IMG/VR virus record: IMGVR_UViG_3300028591_000124
Coordinates: 48,403 to 112,402 of that record
Source of the DNA: a virus
Lineage: Duplodnaviria; Caudoviricetes
Reading direction: 5' to 3' (one strand)
DNA: 64,000 nt
Below, piece by piece: positions 1-9,542 of this stretch. Under the pieces are notes generated by a model. It made no database searches. It was not told the DNA's origin and saw only the letters and a list, made by a program, of their open reading frames with translations. A program made the translations under genes and the position numbers. Every line of letters starts with the position of its first letter. Positions within the stretch are counted from its first letter, which is position 1.

Positions 1-1
1 C

Positions 2-439
2 ATTGATTTTGTGAAGGGATCCCAGATTACAACCGGGAATAAAGGAAAGCCATTTCTGATAGGTCAGCACATATTGTTTGATGTCGGTATGCTGGAGCAG
101 CTTTTGATGTATGCTGGTTTATGGGATGAGTTTTGTAAATCTGTTCAGGGTGACAAGGATTTCTTTGGGCACTTCCAGCCATTGATTCTTGACACAATGG
201 TAATGGGCTATCTTGCTTTCTGTAATACCAATTTGACAAGTTATGCTTTGGGAATGTTATGCGAGGCTCTTGGAATTGAGATCGATGATGCCCATGATGC
301 TGATTCAGACGTAACCGCAACAGAAGATATTGTTAGGATATTCACTACCAGAATGCGAAATGCAAATAGCGGCGACGAAGAAGGTACTGGGATGGTTGAA
401 AACAAACAAGAGAAAAAGCGTGTTCATTTTAAGATTTGA
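2..439 (+). CDS. DEDDh/DnaQ-like 3'-5' exonuclease, C-terminal part (runs off window start)
   Basis: GQHILFD (ExoII-like), LDTM and AHDADSDV (ExoIII HxAxxD) motifs; frame open to the window edge. Confidence 0.8.
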   Translation: MDFVKGSQITTGNKGKPFLIGQHILFDVGMLEQLLMYAGLWDEFCKSVQGDKDFFGHFQPLILDTMVMGYLAFCNTNLTSYALGMLCEALGIEIDDAHDADSDVTATEDIVRIFTTRMRNANSGDEEGTGMVENKQEKKRVHFKI

Positions 440-825
440 TAGTTATGGGGTACGTATTGGATAAAGAGACTGGGACTTTTGTTGAAGAGACTCCAAAAGA
501 AGTCCAGATTCAACAGAAAGAAAACATTATCGAAGACAAGAGTGATAATGTTGATATAGTAAATCAAGGAAAGCCGAATGTGGTTCCTGGTGGTGGTCTT
601 GAAAATGAGCCAACAGAAACCTTTAAGAGACTTACTGATTTGTCCGTTTTCCAGATTGTAGATCAACAGTCTGGAAAGATTATGGGAATCATCAGCGGAT
701 ATGCCCTTCAGATCAAGTTTAATCGTGAGGTTATAACATGTACAGCCGATGTAGAACAATGCGCTGAGGGTATCAAAAAATTATTCTACGGTATTATTAT
801 GGATCAATTATTGGAAAACAAATAA
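436..825 (+). CDS. hypothetical protein
   Basis: 129-aa ORF in tight (+) gene run; ATG at 445 is a plausible start. Confidence 0.7.
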   Translation: MIVMGYVLDKETGTFVEETPKEVQIQQKENIIEDKSDNVDIVNQGKPNVVPGGGLENEPTETFKRLTDLSVFQIVDQQSGKIMGIISGYALQIKFNREVITCTADVEQCAEGIKKLFYGIIMDQLLENK

Positions 826-880
826 TACTTTCAATCACCTGGGGTATCACTTGCCAGCTATTTTAAATAAAAGAATAGAT

Positions 881-1426
881 ATGGCAAGTGAATTCTATAC
901 ACGGCTAAAAGAAGTAGAGCAGGATTTCTGCATTTTGCTTGTTGAAGGAAGCAAGGATTATGCAGGCAATCCTGAGAAGTGCTACATGGAGACTATCGGC
1001 AAGGAAGAGAAGGTTGAAGAGACCGACCCCTTCATTGGCCATTATGTCAGAGAAACCTTAAGCCGTGAGGACATCCAGGGTTATATAAAAGAACTGAGAG
1101 AGTGTGTTAACAGTGAAGTTGACAACGAAATCTTGCGTTCTTATATAAAATCTCGTCTCATTGCAATTATCGATGAGTGTTCGACTGCAACATATAAGGA
1201 CCGGAGAGGCACCCCGCTTTCTCCGGCCCCTTTGCGTTCTGTTGCCAATCACTCTATCAAAACCCTGATCGACTTGACACCAGGATTAGTCAAAAACGAA
1301 GGTGGTGATGATAATGGCGATGAGGAAGACAAGGGTCTTACGTTCAATGTTGTGGTTCCAAAGAAACCAGAAAAAACAAAAGAACAGATCGCATTGGAGA
1401 AGTCCGTTGAATCAGAAAATAAATAA
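881..1426 (+). CDS. putative terminase small subunit
   Basis: Helical protein with a C-terminal 'TFNVVVP' strand, upstream of TerL; ATG 881 follows the CTATTT motif; function inferred from position and shape. Confidence 0.45.
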   Translation: MASEFYTRLKEVEQDFCILLVEGSKDYAGNPEKCYMETIGKEEKVEETDPFIGHYVRETLSREDIQGYIKELRECVNSEVDNEILRSYIKSRLIAIIDECSTATYKDRRGTPLSPAPLRSVANHSIKTLIDLTPGLVKNEGGDDNGDEEDKGLTFNVVVPKKPEKTKEQIALEKSVESENK

Positions 1427-1440
1427 TTAAAAATAAGAAA

Positions 1441-1689
1441 ATGAATAGTGGACTTCGTAACACCATTGTTGGTGCGCTCATCACGATTGTAATAACATTT
1501 GTGGGAGCATGGATTCAAGTAAACAACCGGATTGCAGTTCTGGAAGTACAAATGGATACCTATGTCAAGGCTCAGCAGAAGAGTGAGGCTGACATGGATA
1601 AGGTGTTGGATAAGTTAAGTGATGTCCAAAGTAAAGTAACCAGGTTAAGCACCGAATTTGAAATGGTGCATACTAAAGAAAATCAATGA
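1441..1689 (+). CDS. small membrane protein (holin-like)
   Basis: N-terminal transmembrane helix followed by coiled coil; lies near the spanin. Confidence 0.45.
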   Translation: MNSGLRNTIVGALITIVITFVGAWIQVNNRIAVLEVQMDTYVKAQQKSEADMDKVLDKLSDVQSKVTRLSTEFEMVHTKENQ

Positions 1690-1961
1690 TATACAATTAC
1701 GATCCACATCAACAAATCCAAGAAAAGGCCCACGTTATCATTGAAGATTCCAGTGAGCTTAAAGCCATGCATCTTGAAGGATTTATCGGGATGGAAGGTA
1801 TGGTCATATCTCTCGTAAAACGTTCAAAACGGAACAGTGGCGCATGGGTCAGGATGTTGGGCGGTGAGTACGATGGTGAGGAATGGTTTTTTCCGATCCT
1901 TGCTTTGCGTGATGTCAATGCAAAGTCGATGGAAGAGGAATTTGGTGAATTTGTAATATAA
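1686..1961 (+). CDS. hypothetical protein (small beta-barrel-like)
   Basis: 91-aa ORF with ATGA overlap to the previous gene. Confidence 0.65.
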   Translation: MIYNYDPHQQIQEKAHVIIEDSSELKAMHLEGFIGMEGMVISLVKRSKRNSGAWVRMLGGEYDGEEWFFPILALRDVNAKSMEEEFGEFVI

Positions 1962-1965
1962 GAAT

Positions 1966-2493
1966 ATGAAAAGAAAGACAATACTTGCTACGCTGTTATT
2001 GGTGTTGCTAATGATAGTGGCACCATGTTTCCTTGGCGGCTGTTCTCCGAGAGTTGTTGAAAAGATAGTCCGTGAGACAGATACTGTTAGAACGGTTGAT
2101 TCCATTATCGTAAAATCTCGCCCTGACACAGTTAAGGTTGAAATTCCAAGTTCTTCACAAAGTATTGTTACGAATGATACCACGTCACATTTGGAAGATG
2201 ATTTATATGAATCAGACGCATACTGGGATGGTCAGTTTCTGCACCATTCATTAAACAGCAAACCTGGTGCCCACTTGACCAAAGAGGTTGTAGTTCATGA
2301 CACAATCAAAGTCAAGGAAAAAGAAGAGTCACATAACAAGGAATCGAAGGAAAAAGAGACCATATACGTACAGCCAACTCTGAAAGACAAAATCGTATAT
2401 GTCGGATATGGCCTTGGTATCGGACTAATAATTTTGTTATTGTATGTGTTTAGAAAGAAAATCGTCAGAATTTATGAAGCGATTGGGCTCTAA
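1966..2493 (+). CDS. putative unimolecular spanin (lipoprotein with C-terminal TM)
   Basis: Signal peptide with lipobox LGGC, beta-rich middle, C-terminal TM followed by RKK. Confidence 0.65.
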   Translation: MKRKTILATLLLVLLMIVAPCFLGGCSPRVVEKIVRETDTVRTVDSIIVKSRPDTVKVEIPSSSQSIVTNDTTSHLEDDLYESDAYWDGQFLHHSLNSKPGAHLTKEVVVHDTIKVKEKEESHNKESKEKETIYVQPTLKDKIVYVGYGLGIGLIILLLYVFRKKIVRIYEAIGL

Positions 2494-2546
2494 CGTTCCC
2501 AGTCGTTTGAAGCAAGTCAAATATCAAACCCAAACATCAAACAGTT

Positions 2547-2894
2547 ATGAAAAGAAAATTGCACATCAAGGAAAGACTCTACCTGATGAACATTCTTCCT
2601 CAGGAGAATTCGCTGGTTAATTTCCAGTTGAAGAAAGCCCTCATGAAGAAGGTCGAACTGACCGATGCAGAGCGTGAGAAATTCGAAGTCAAAATTAATG
2701 AAGAGAGTCAGAATATGACATGGAATGCCCAGAAAGATTTTGATGATCCGACTGAGTTCGAATTCTCTGAAATGGAGTGCGAATATGTCCGTAATGCTAT
2801 AGAGGCACTGTCGGACGGTCAGCATCCAGACGAATACTGGCTAATAGTTACGTCATTGTACGACAAGCTCCAGAATACGGAGCAGACAAAGTAG
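2547..2894 (+). CDS. hypothetical protein
   Basis: 115-aa ORF with A-rich start context, followed by a terminator. Confidence 0.75.
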   Translation: MKRKLHIKERLYLMNILPQENSLVNFQLKKALMKKVELTDAEREKFEVKINEESQNMTWNAQKDFDDPTEFEFSEMECEYVRNAIEALSDGQHPDEYWLIVTSLYDKLQNTEQTK

Positions 2895-2919
2895 GTTTCA
2901 TAAAGTATTTGTTTAGTTT

Positions 2920-2953
2920 CCTCCTGGTTTAATCAGCCAGGAGGTTTTCTTTT
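2920..2953 (+). terminator. intrinsic terminator
   Basis: CCTCCTGGTT/AGCCAGGAGG stem followed by a T-rich tract. Confidence 0.75.
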
Positions 2954-2977
2954 GGCTATTTCTTATAAAAGAGTAAG

Positions 2978-4570
2978 ATGAGAAAACTGACACCTTGTAA
3001 GGGAAAGATCAATTTTGAGCCATCATACAAACAATTTCTTGTATGGGAGATGCTTGAACCGAAACGTTGTGATAAATGTGGCGGTGAAATCGAGATGCGT
3101 CCAGTTGGTTTTGACAATAACGGAAATGTCATTAAGAAACCGTTCTGTAAGAAATGTGGAACTTCTGATATTCCGCGATTGGTTCTGTATGGAGGCGCAG
3201 CGGGATCTGGAAAGTCATGGCTTGGTTGTGCCTGGGGTGTTAGCACATGCCTCAGGTTTCCAGGTGCCAGGTTTGCTCTTTGCCGTAAAATCCTTAAGGT
3301 ATTGAGAGGTACGACGTTTGTGACACTCCAGGGTGTGTTGAAAATGTTCGGCCTAAAAGAAGGTGTCAATTACCACGTTGATTACGTAAACCTCATTGTC
3401 ACATTCTGGAATGGCTCTAAGATTATTTGTCTTGGACTGGAAGACAAGCCAAGTGATCCTGAATTCTCTTGGTTGGGTTCTTACGAAATCACAGCTGGAT
3501 ACATTGATGAGGCATCTGAGGTTTCAGAAAAGGCTGTCGAGGTACTTCTTTCTCGTTGCCGTTGGATGATTGCTGAGACATTCCTGGTTCCAAAGGTTCT
3601 GATGGGTACGAACCCAGCTATATGTTGGTTGAGAGAGAAATTCGTTCAAGATGAAAACGGAAAGCCACTGGAAGCCCTGCCAGAAGGTTACAGGTTTGTG
3701 CCTGCTACAGTATTCGACAACAAGGATCCAGATTTCGTCGCAGTGTATGTCAACAACCTTCTCAATATTAAGGATGCATATACACGAAACCGTCTTTTAC
3801 ATGGCTTGTGGGACAATCCTTCTGGCAATGCCAATGCAGCATATCACTCATTCAATTCTATCGTACATACAAAGACAGGATTACGTGAAAGAGTGTACAA
3901 TAAGCTGCGTCCACTCATATTGAGCTTTGACTTCAATGTGGCACCTTATTCTACGTGTATTGTCTGTCAGATAGATTACGACCACAAAGTGTTCTATGTC
4001 CTGGAAGAAATACTTGGCAAAGTCAAGGAAAAGACAAACAACACCCCAGCACTGGCTAAATTGGTTTCAGAGACTTTGAGCGCAAGAGGGCATTTGGGTG
4101 GCGTTATTATTACTGGTGATCCGAGTGGGGCGAGTAGATCAACACAATCTGAGGATGGCGTTAATAATTTCACAATTATTCAAAAATTCATGAATGATGA
4201 TATTCTAAGGCCAAGGTTACAACTTCTGAATAAACAGCCGGCACACATCACCAGATTGGATTTTATCAACCAGTTATTCGAAGGGTATGACGGCTGGAGC
4301 ATCCAGATAGATTTCAGGTGCCACAAACTTACGGAGGACCTGTTGCGCCAAATGAAAAACGAGGATGGAACCAAATGCAAGCATGTCGGACTCAGCCCTG
4401 ACGGTATCAAATGCGAACTACTTGGCCACTGTAGCGATGCCTTTGATTATGCTGTTGTTACATTCCTTGGAAAGATGTACTCCAAGTTCAAGGCACATGT
4501 ATCATCACCAATTGTCACGATTCCAGATTACATGAATGCCTATGGAGTTGCATCAGAATGGGATTACTGA
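2978..4570 (+). CDS. terL: terminase large subunit
   Basis: Walker A GGAAGSGKS, Walker B YIDEASE, GTNP coupling motif, nuclease SFDFN ... GDPSG ... HCSDAFDY. Confidence 0.95.
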   Translation: MRKLTPCKGKINFEPSYKQFLVWEMLEPKRCDKCGGEIEMRPVGFDNNGNVIKKPFCKKCGTSDIPRLVLYGGAAGSGKSWLGCAWGVSTCLRFPGARFALCRKILKVLRGTTFVTLQGVLKMFGLKEGVNYHVDYVNLIVTFWNGSKIICLGLEDKPSDPEFSWLGSYEITAGYIDEASEVSEKAVEVLLSRCRWMIAETFLVPKVLMGTNPAICWLREKFVQDENGKPLEALPEGYRFVPATVFDNKDPDFVAVYVNNLLNIKDAYTRNRLLHGLWDNPSGNANAAYHSFNSIVHTKTGLRERVYNKLRPLILSFDFNVAPYSTCIVCQIDYDHKVFYVLEEILGKVKEKTNNTPALAKLVSETLSARGHLGGVIITGDPSGASRSTQSEDGVNNFTIIQKFMNDDILRPRLQLLNKQPAHITRLDFINQLFEGYDGWSIQIDFRCHKLTEDLLRQMKNEDGTKCKHVGLSPDGIKCELLGHCSDAFDYAVVTFLGKMYSKFKAHVSSPIVTIPDYMNAYGVASEWDY

Positions 4571-4595
4571 AGCTATTTAAAATAAAGAATGAATT

Positions 4596-5657
4596 ATGGC
4601 ATACAGACGATTTCTTAATGATACCGATTACCTCTCCACAATGACGGAGCAAGGTATGGCTCAACTGATCCGTGACCGTCATAATCGCGTGATTCAGGCA
4701 GAGCAAAGCGCGGAGCTGTCTATCATAGAGTATTTGAAGCAGCACTATATGATAGAAGAAGAGCTTCTGATAGGTAAAAAGATTGCCGAATATAACAACC
4801 AGATTACCTATCCACCAGATGTCTATTTTTTGTATCCAGATGCTGAAGATGACAACAGACTCCATGTGTTCAGGACTCTTACAAGCATAAACGCCATCAA
4901 ACGTCCTACAGATAAATTGTATTGGCGTGAAATGGATAGCTTTGAGGATATTGGCAATCTGGAAGAAATACCGATGTATTCCCAGATGGTTACCTGGAAG
5001 CCAGGTATGAAAGTCAAGTACAATAATTCTGTATGGTTGTGTGTCGCCGGTAATGGTATTGAATTTAAGAATATCCAAATACCAGGCGTGATTGCTTGGA
5101 AGAGGATTGAGACTTATGAGTGGCAACCGAACCTCTCATATAATTTCTATGATGTTGTTCGTTTTGAGGGTGAGTTTTTCATGCTTCTGGATACGGCTAA
5201 TCTGGAAACCCTTGACAAGACCCAGAATCCAGTGATTTCTGAAGCATGGGGGCAGATAGGTGACTACACTGAGGAATACAACTATGATGTCAATGAACAT
5301 GAGTATGTCGTATTCAAAGATGAGGTTTATTATCCGATCATGCCTGTAAATGCTGAGGAACCAGTCCCAAATGAGAACATCATACTGGATGATCCAAGAA
5401 ACCTCAATCTTGTCAAGCACATGACGCGCCTTGCTGTTTATGAGTTGCACAAATTGATTTCTCCTACCAATATTTCAAATGTGCGCATCAATGATTACAA
5501 TGATTCTATATTGTGGTTGAGGGATGCCCAGAAATTTAAACTCGATCCCCAGATTCCACGTAGGATTGACGAAAAGGAGAATTACCCATATACAGGTAGT
5601 GTTGTGGTTGATTTTGCGCGTGAGCTGGATCCTTGGAAGATGACGTGGTTTGTATAA
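4596..5657 (+). CDS. Mu gp36/DUF1320-like head-tail adaptor with a large aromatic-rich insertion
   Basis: N-terminal FLNDTDY..AEQSAELSIIEYL and C-terminal DPRN..LAVYELH..YNDSILWL match the two halves of the family. Confidence 0.65.
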   Translation: MAYRRFLNDTDYLSTMTEQGMAQLIRDRHNRVIQAEQSAELSIIEYLKQHYMIEEELLIGKKIAEYNNQITYPPDVYFLYPDAEDDNRLHVFRTLTSINAIKRPTDKLYWREMDSFEDIGNLEEIPMYSQMVTWKPGMKVKYNNSVWLCVAGNGIEFKNIQIPGVIAWKRIETYEWQPNLSYNFYDVVRFEGEFFMLLDTANLETLDKTQNPVISEAWGQIGDYTEEYNYDVNEHEYVVFKDEVYYPIMPVNAEEPVPNENIILDDPRNLNLVKHMTRLAVYELHKLISPTNISNVRINDYNDSILWLRDAQKFKLDPQIPRRIDEKENYPYTGSVVVDFARELDPWKMTWFV

Positions 5658-5746
5658 TATATAATAATGTACGTGCGCGAAAGGATGTTTTCTTGTTTCT
5701 CATAATTGATTGATTAATAAATAAATTGAAGTGTTTTCTTACTCTC

Positions 5747-5779
5747 TTAAGGCCCCATCCGTGAGGACAGGGCCTTTAA
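5747..5779. terminator. probable bidirectional terminator between convergent genes
   Basis: AAGGCCC...GGGCCTT stem with CCGTGAGG apex. Confidence 0.6.
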
Positions 5780-5784
5780 GTTTG

Positions 5785-7062
5785 TCAGAAGTCAGTTGCG
5801 CTTAATACCATGTCTCTGGAAGTCACGTCTCCTTGGTTGTTGTAATAGATAGCCTCGCAGTTCTTCACTGATGTGCCTGCCAGATTTGCTACATATATTA
5901 TCGGTATTCCTTTGCTGATATAGTGCGTGATCCCAGTATGTCTGAATACATAATTGTGAAGAGGGAAATTGACACCAATAATAGGCCCAACTTTTTTTAG
6001 CCATACATTGACTCTCTGGACGAATTTGTTAATGTCCTGGTTATTGTCTTTATAGTGCGCGACTCTCGCATTAGTACGAACAGGAAATATGTATCCATCC
6101 TTGGATTTTTTCTTCCACCTTTTCATTATATCTCTCATTCGTGGATTAATTGGTACAGAACAATCCGTAGACTGCTTTCCAGCTATCTTTCTTCTTTTAA
6201 ATACAAAATGATCAACACCATTAAGAGTCTGGATGTCATCATACTTTAGGCATAGCGCATCACATGGAGACTGACATGTATATAGTATGAAGGTACAAAA
6301 ATCGTGGTACAGTTGCGATTTCCAGGCCATCTGAGGAGATTTTGGATGTACTGGTAGCTGATTCTTCGTCATGTTAATAAAGGCATTACATTGGGCTTTT
6401 GTCAACGTCTCGTATTTATGGACCGATTCTTTGTTTTTCTTGGCCCAACGCACACCCTTCAGACTATTAATATCAAAATACCCCATTTTGTCACCCCAGT
6501 TTAATGTGGCATGAAGAGACTGGGAAACGTAGTATTTGCACCCTTCACCTCGTTCTGATTCCAGATAATCCAGAATATCATTGACAAGATCAACTGTTAT
6601 ATCGGACAATTGTATATCATTATAGTTCTGGTGATTGGACCTAAAATATTCTTTGATTCGCTTTTCTGCTTTCTCATAAGCACCATAAGTACCTTTCATA
6701 CTGCCATCTTTGTGTTTCTCCATCTTCTTTTCGACTATCATACGAGAAATAAGCCAGTGAAGGCTGGAGTGGTCTTCTTCTTTTTCCTGTGTTTTGACAG
6801 CAAGCAGGAGCCCTGACAGAGAACCTTCCCAGTTCTTTGCCAATTCATCGTAGGGCCTTCTGAAGTCTTCCAGGATCTTGTTGTTTTCCTCAGCGAGTGG
6901 GGCAGACTTAGTGAAACACTGGCGTTTCTGGTTCCATTGGCGTTTCTTGAAAGTGCCACGTAGAAGCCTTGTTACGCTTACATACCTGACTTCACCATTT
7001 TTGTAAAGTCTTAATCTCAAACCGAATGTTGAGCCGAATGACTGATAATTTACAGTTACCAT
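5785..7062 (-). CDS. int: tyrosine integrase (Bacteroidota type, arm-binding N-terminus)
   Basis: N-terminal LRLRLYKNG arm-type domain; LYTCQSPCD (Ser at the Arg-I position, as in IntDOT), RRK, YVFRHT and a C-terminal Tyr. Confidence 0.9.
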   Translation of the reverse strand: MVTVNYQSFGSTFGLRLRLYKNGEVRYVSVTRLLRGTFKKRQWNQKRQCFTKSAPLAEENNKILEDFRRPYDELAKNWEGSLSGLLLAVKTQEKEEDHSSLHWLISRMIVEKKMEKHKDGSMKGTYGAYEKAEKRIKEYFRSNHQNYNDIQLSDITVDLVNDILDYLESERGEGCKYYVSQSLHATLNWGDKMGYFDINSLKGVRWAKKNKESVHKYETLTKAQCNAFINMTKNQLPVHPKSPQMAWKSQLYHDFCTFILYTCQSPCDALCLKYDDIQTLNGVDHFVFKRRKIAGKQSTDCSVPINPRMRDIMKRWKKKSKDGYIFPVRTNARVAHYKDNNQDINKFVQRVNVWLKKVGPIIGVNFPLHNYVFRHTGITHYISKGIPIIYVANLAGTSVKNCEAIYYNNQGDVTSRDMVLSATDF

Positions 7063-7296
7063 AACTACAGAATTTTGCTGTTAATCAACTACTTACGCAC
7101 ATTTTTAGCACTCGATTTTTAGTCATTTGTGCATCAAATGTGCATTTTTCGTCGATTTCGCGCTGGAATTATGCCAAACTCTGTAGTTTTTGCAGCTAAT
7201 TTTTCAGAGACTGCCTTTGCGCGTAAGTGGCTGTTTTTCAGTGAATTGTGGGTACTTTTTCAGGTGATTTTTGTCATCTAAAATTTCCCCAAAGAG

Positions 7297-7386
7297 CGGA
7301 AGGTGAGGGATTCGAACCCCCGGAACGCTGTAAAAACGTTCACCTGATTTCGAGTCAGGCACATTCGACCACTCTGTCAACTCTCC
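7297..7386 (-). tRNA. tRNA-Ser(CGA)
   Basis: Cloverleaf with anticodon arm CCTGA-CTCGAAA-TCAGG, long variable arm, GTTCGAATC T-loop; one A-C mismatch in the acceptor stem; no encoded CCA. Confidence 0.92.
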
Positions 7387-7696
7387 AAACAGCCCTTTTC
7401 GAGTGTTAAAATGCACAAATCATGCACATGTGCATCCAATCGGGGGTGCTTTTGCGCCGCAAAGGTATTCATATTTTTTGATTTTTCCAAACCCTTTATA
7501 TATAATAATTCTTAAAAGGTTTCAAAAAATTATCTTGCAGCTACTTTTTCATGTAAAAATACCATATATAAATAATGTACGCGAATCAAATAAAAACCTC
7601 TCCAGATTTACACGCTTACTGGAGAGGTCGGTCTTGAAGTACAGTAAAAATGGCTGGTAGCTTCACCAGCTTGGTTGCGAACGGACTGCTACTGCG

Positions 7697-7773
7697 TGGT
7701 GATCCAGAGGAGTCTCGAACTCCTGACCTACCGCTTAGGAGGCGGTTGCTCTATCCAACTGAGCTACTGGACC
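7697..7773 (-). tRNA. tRNA-Arg(CCT)
   Basis: GGTCCAG..TAGCTCAGTTGGATAGAGCA, anticodon arm ACCGC-CTCCTAA-GCGGT, GTTCGAGA T-loop, encoded 3' CCA. Confidence 0.95.
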
Positions 7774-7986
7774 GAAAAAGACCTGGGAACTTTACAGTCA
7801 CCAGGCCCATGAGCTAAAGTAAGAATTTACCTTCAATTTCACATTATTAAATAGATAGAGTATTCCGTTATTCGGTTACAATATCTGGAGAAGGCTCAGT
7901 GATGTCTCTCCTATCAAAATGAATTTCCGGAACCTCTAAATAGTCTCTGACCCGAAGAGAGTCAAGTTCTTCTTTGCTTACCTTTT

Positions 7987-8175
7987 TCATGTCATTTCTA
8001 TTAGGTCCACAAAAAGATTGCAGTTGTCATGAGGCTGAAAGTATGGTACACTTGGATGCTTGTGTTTTGGAGCCTCCTTAGTGAGCCATGCCCGATAACA
8101 CTTATCGCGCTTCGGGCACGTCTCGTTAGTACAGTGGCACACATCAGCTATATAGACAGGCTTGATTTCAGACAT
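7987..8175 (-). CDS. small Cys-rich hypothetical protein
   Basis: C-x4-C-x5-C...C pattern; overlaps the ACP stop. Confidence 0.65.
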   Translation of the reverse strand: MSEIKPVYIADVCHCTNETCPKRDKCYRAWLTKEAPKHKHPSVPYFQPHDNCNLFVDLIEMT

Positions 8176-8407
8176 GACGTTCTACCAGGTCTACGATGTC
8201 CTTGACGGTCTCAACGTTCTCAGCGTCTTCATCTGGAATGCGAATAGGAAACTCATGTTCAAGTTCCATAATGATTTCGACACAATCAAGAGAATCTGCC
8301 CCAAAATCAGATTCGAGGTTCGACTCCATCTTTACACTTTCCTGATCAATGCCAAGTTTGTCAACCAGGATCTCAGTCACTTTTGATACAATTTCATTTC
8401 TTTCCAT
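8168..8407 (-). CDS. acpP: acyl carrier protein
   Basis: 79 aa, acidic, phosphopantetheine site DFGADSLD, IPDEDAE..TVKD. Confidence 0.95.
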   Translation of the reverse strand: MERNEIVSKVTEILVDKLGIDQESVKMESNLESDFGADSLDCVEIIMELEHEFPIRIPDEDAENVETVKDIVDLVERHV

Positions 8408-8720
8408 AATGTTTAAATTTTAATGATACGAATAGAGTTTTTGTCTTTACCGCGATTGTAGTTCTTTTGGAACTGTTCGGCATCTACACTGGATTGAGCG
8501 CGATACACCTCAATCCAATTGCCCCAAGGATCTTTCTTTTGAACTGCATACATAATTTATAGGGTTTAAAGTTTCATTTCTTTGATAACTGTCACAACAT
8601 GCTCCTGAAGGCACCCAGCTCTCATTGCCTCATGACGAATGAATCTGTTGATGTCTTTCTCGATCTCCTCTCGATTTATGTGTGGAGGAAGGATTACTGG
8701 CGGTTCTACGTGTCCCATAA

Positions 8721-9041
8721 TTATTGTTCTTTGATTACGTTTAAATCGATATAAGTGTCACCGGCAAATATGGTATAGACAATCCTGTTGTTTGGTTTAC
8801 TCTTATCGTCCTTGACACATTTTCGATGTTGGTTGTCGGCAACTTCAGCAAGCCTGTCGGCCAACTCATCAGAAGTAGTGTGTTCCTCTACCCAGGGCAT
8901 AGCCATAAGATCTAAATCATGAACTACAGAACCATGTATGCCAAGTGCCCAGCCACATTCAGCTGCCACTTTACGCAATTCTGGGAATCTGAATACCCAA
9001 AAGATTGCATTATTGTCTTTTAGTTTTTCCAAATTGAACAT
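8721..9041 (-). CDS. hypothetical protein with a nucleotidyltransferase-like motif
   Basis: HGS..HDLDL (GS..DxD). Confidence 0.5.
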   Translation of the reverse strand: MFNLEKLKDNNAIFWVFRFPELRKVAAECGWALGIHGSVVHDLDLMAMPWVEEHTTSDELADRLAEVADNQHRKCVKDDKSKPNNRIVYTIFAGDTYIDLNVIKEQ

Positions 9042-9044
9042 ATA

Positions 9045-9542
9045 TCAAACGATTAATTTATCAGACCCATCAGCAAATCTGTGTGACGGAAACTTTCCTT
9101 CCAGAATCCATTCTTGCACAATATCCATCAGTCTTCCAGTGATGAATCTGACACATTCCAAAATATATTCTGTAGCACAGTTTCCATTGTTGTCACGATG
9201 AACAAAATTTATGATTCTCTCACACGAATACGCCATTTTATAAAAACGTCCATCGTGTAGCAATGTGATGTATATCATTGGATAAGGTTCTTTTGTTTTG
9301 GAACCTACCAAGACTTCATAGAATCCACCGGCACATTCATTTTGACCAATAGTGAAAATGATGTTTTTGATTGCAGCAAATCGATAATTCTTCTGTAAAT
9401 TCCTTATGTAATCACATCGTATTTCGGAACCATTAATGCCACATATACCAATACAATTTTCTGGTGCATGGTCTGTCGCAATGAAGAATCCACGTTTTGA
9501 CAATTCATCATTCAGTGACTTATAAAAATACCTTTCGATCAT
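9045..9542 (-). CDS. hypothetical protein
   Basis: 165-aa ORF in tightly packed (-) run. Confidence 0.7.
   Translation of the reverse strand: MIERYFYKSLNDELSKRGFFIATDHAPENCIGICGINGSEIRCDYIRNLQKNYRFAAIKNIIFTIGQNECAGGFYEVLVGSKTKEPYPMIYITLLHDGRFYKMAYSCERIINFVHRDNNGNCATEYILECVRFITGRLMDIVQEWILEGKFPSHRFADGSDKLIV

Noticed and set aside
7204-7660. ORFs overlapping tRNA-Ser and its promoter region
   Set aside because: Explained by the tRNA and AT-rich intergenic DNA.
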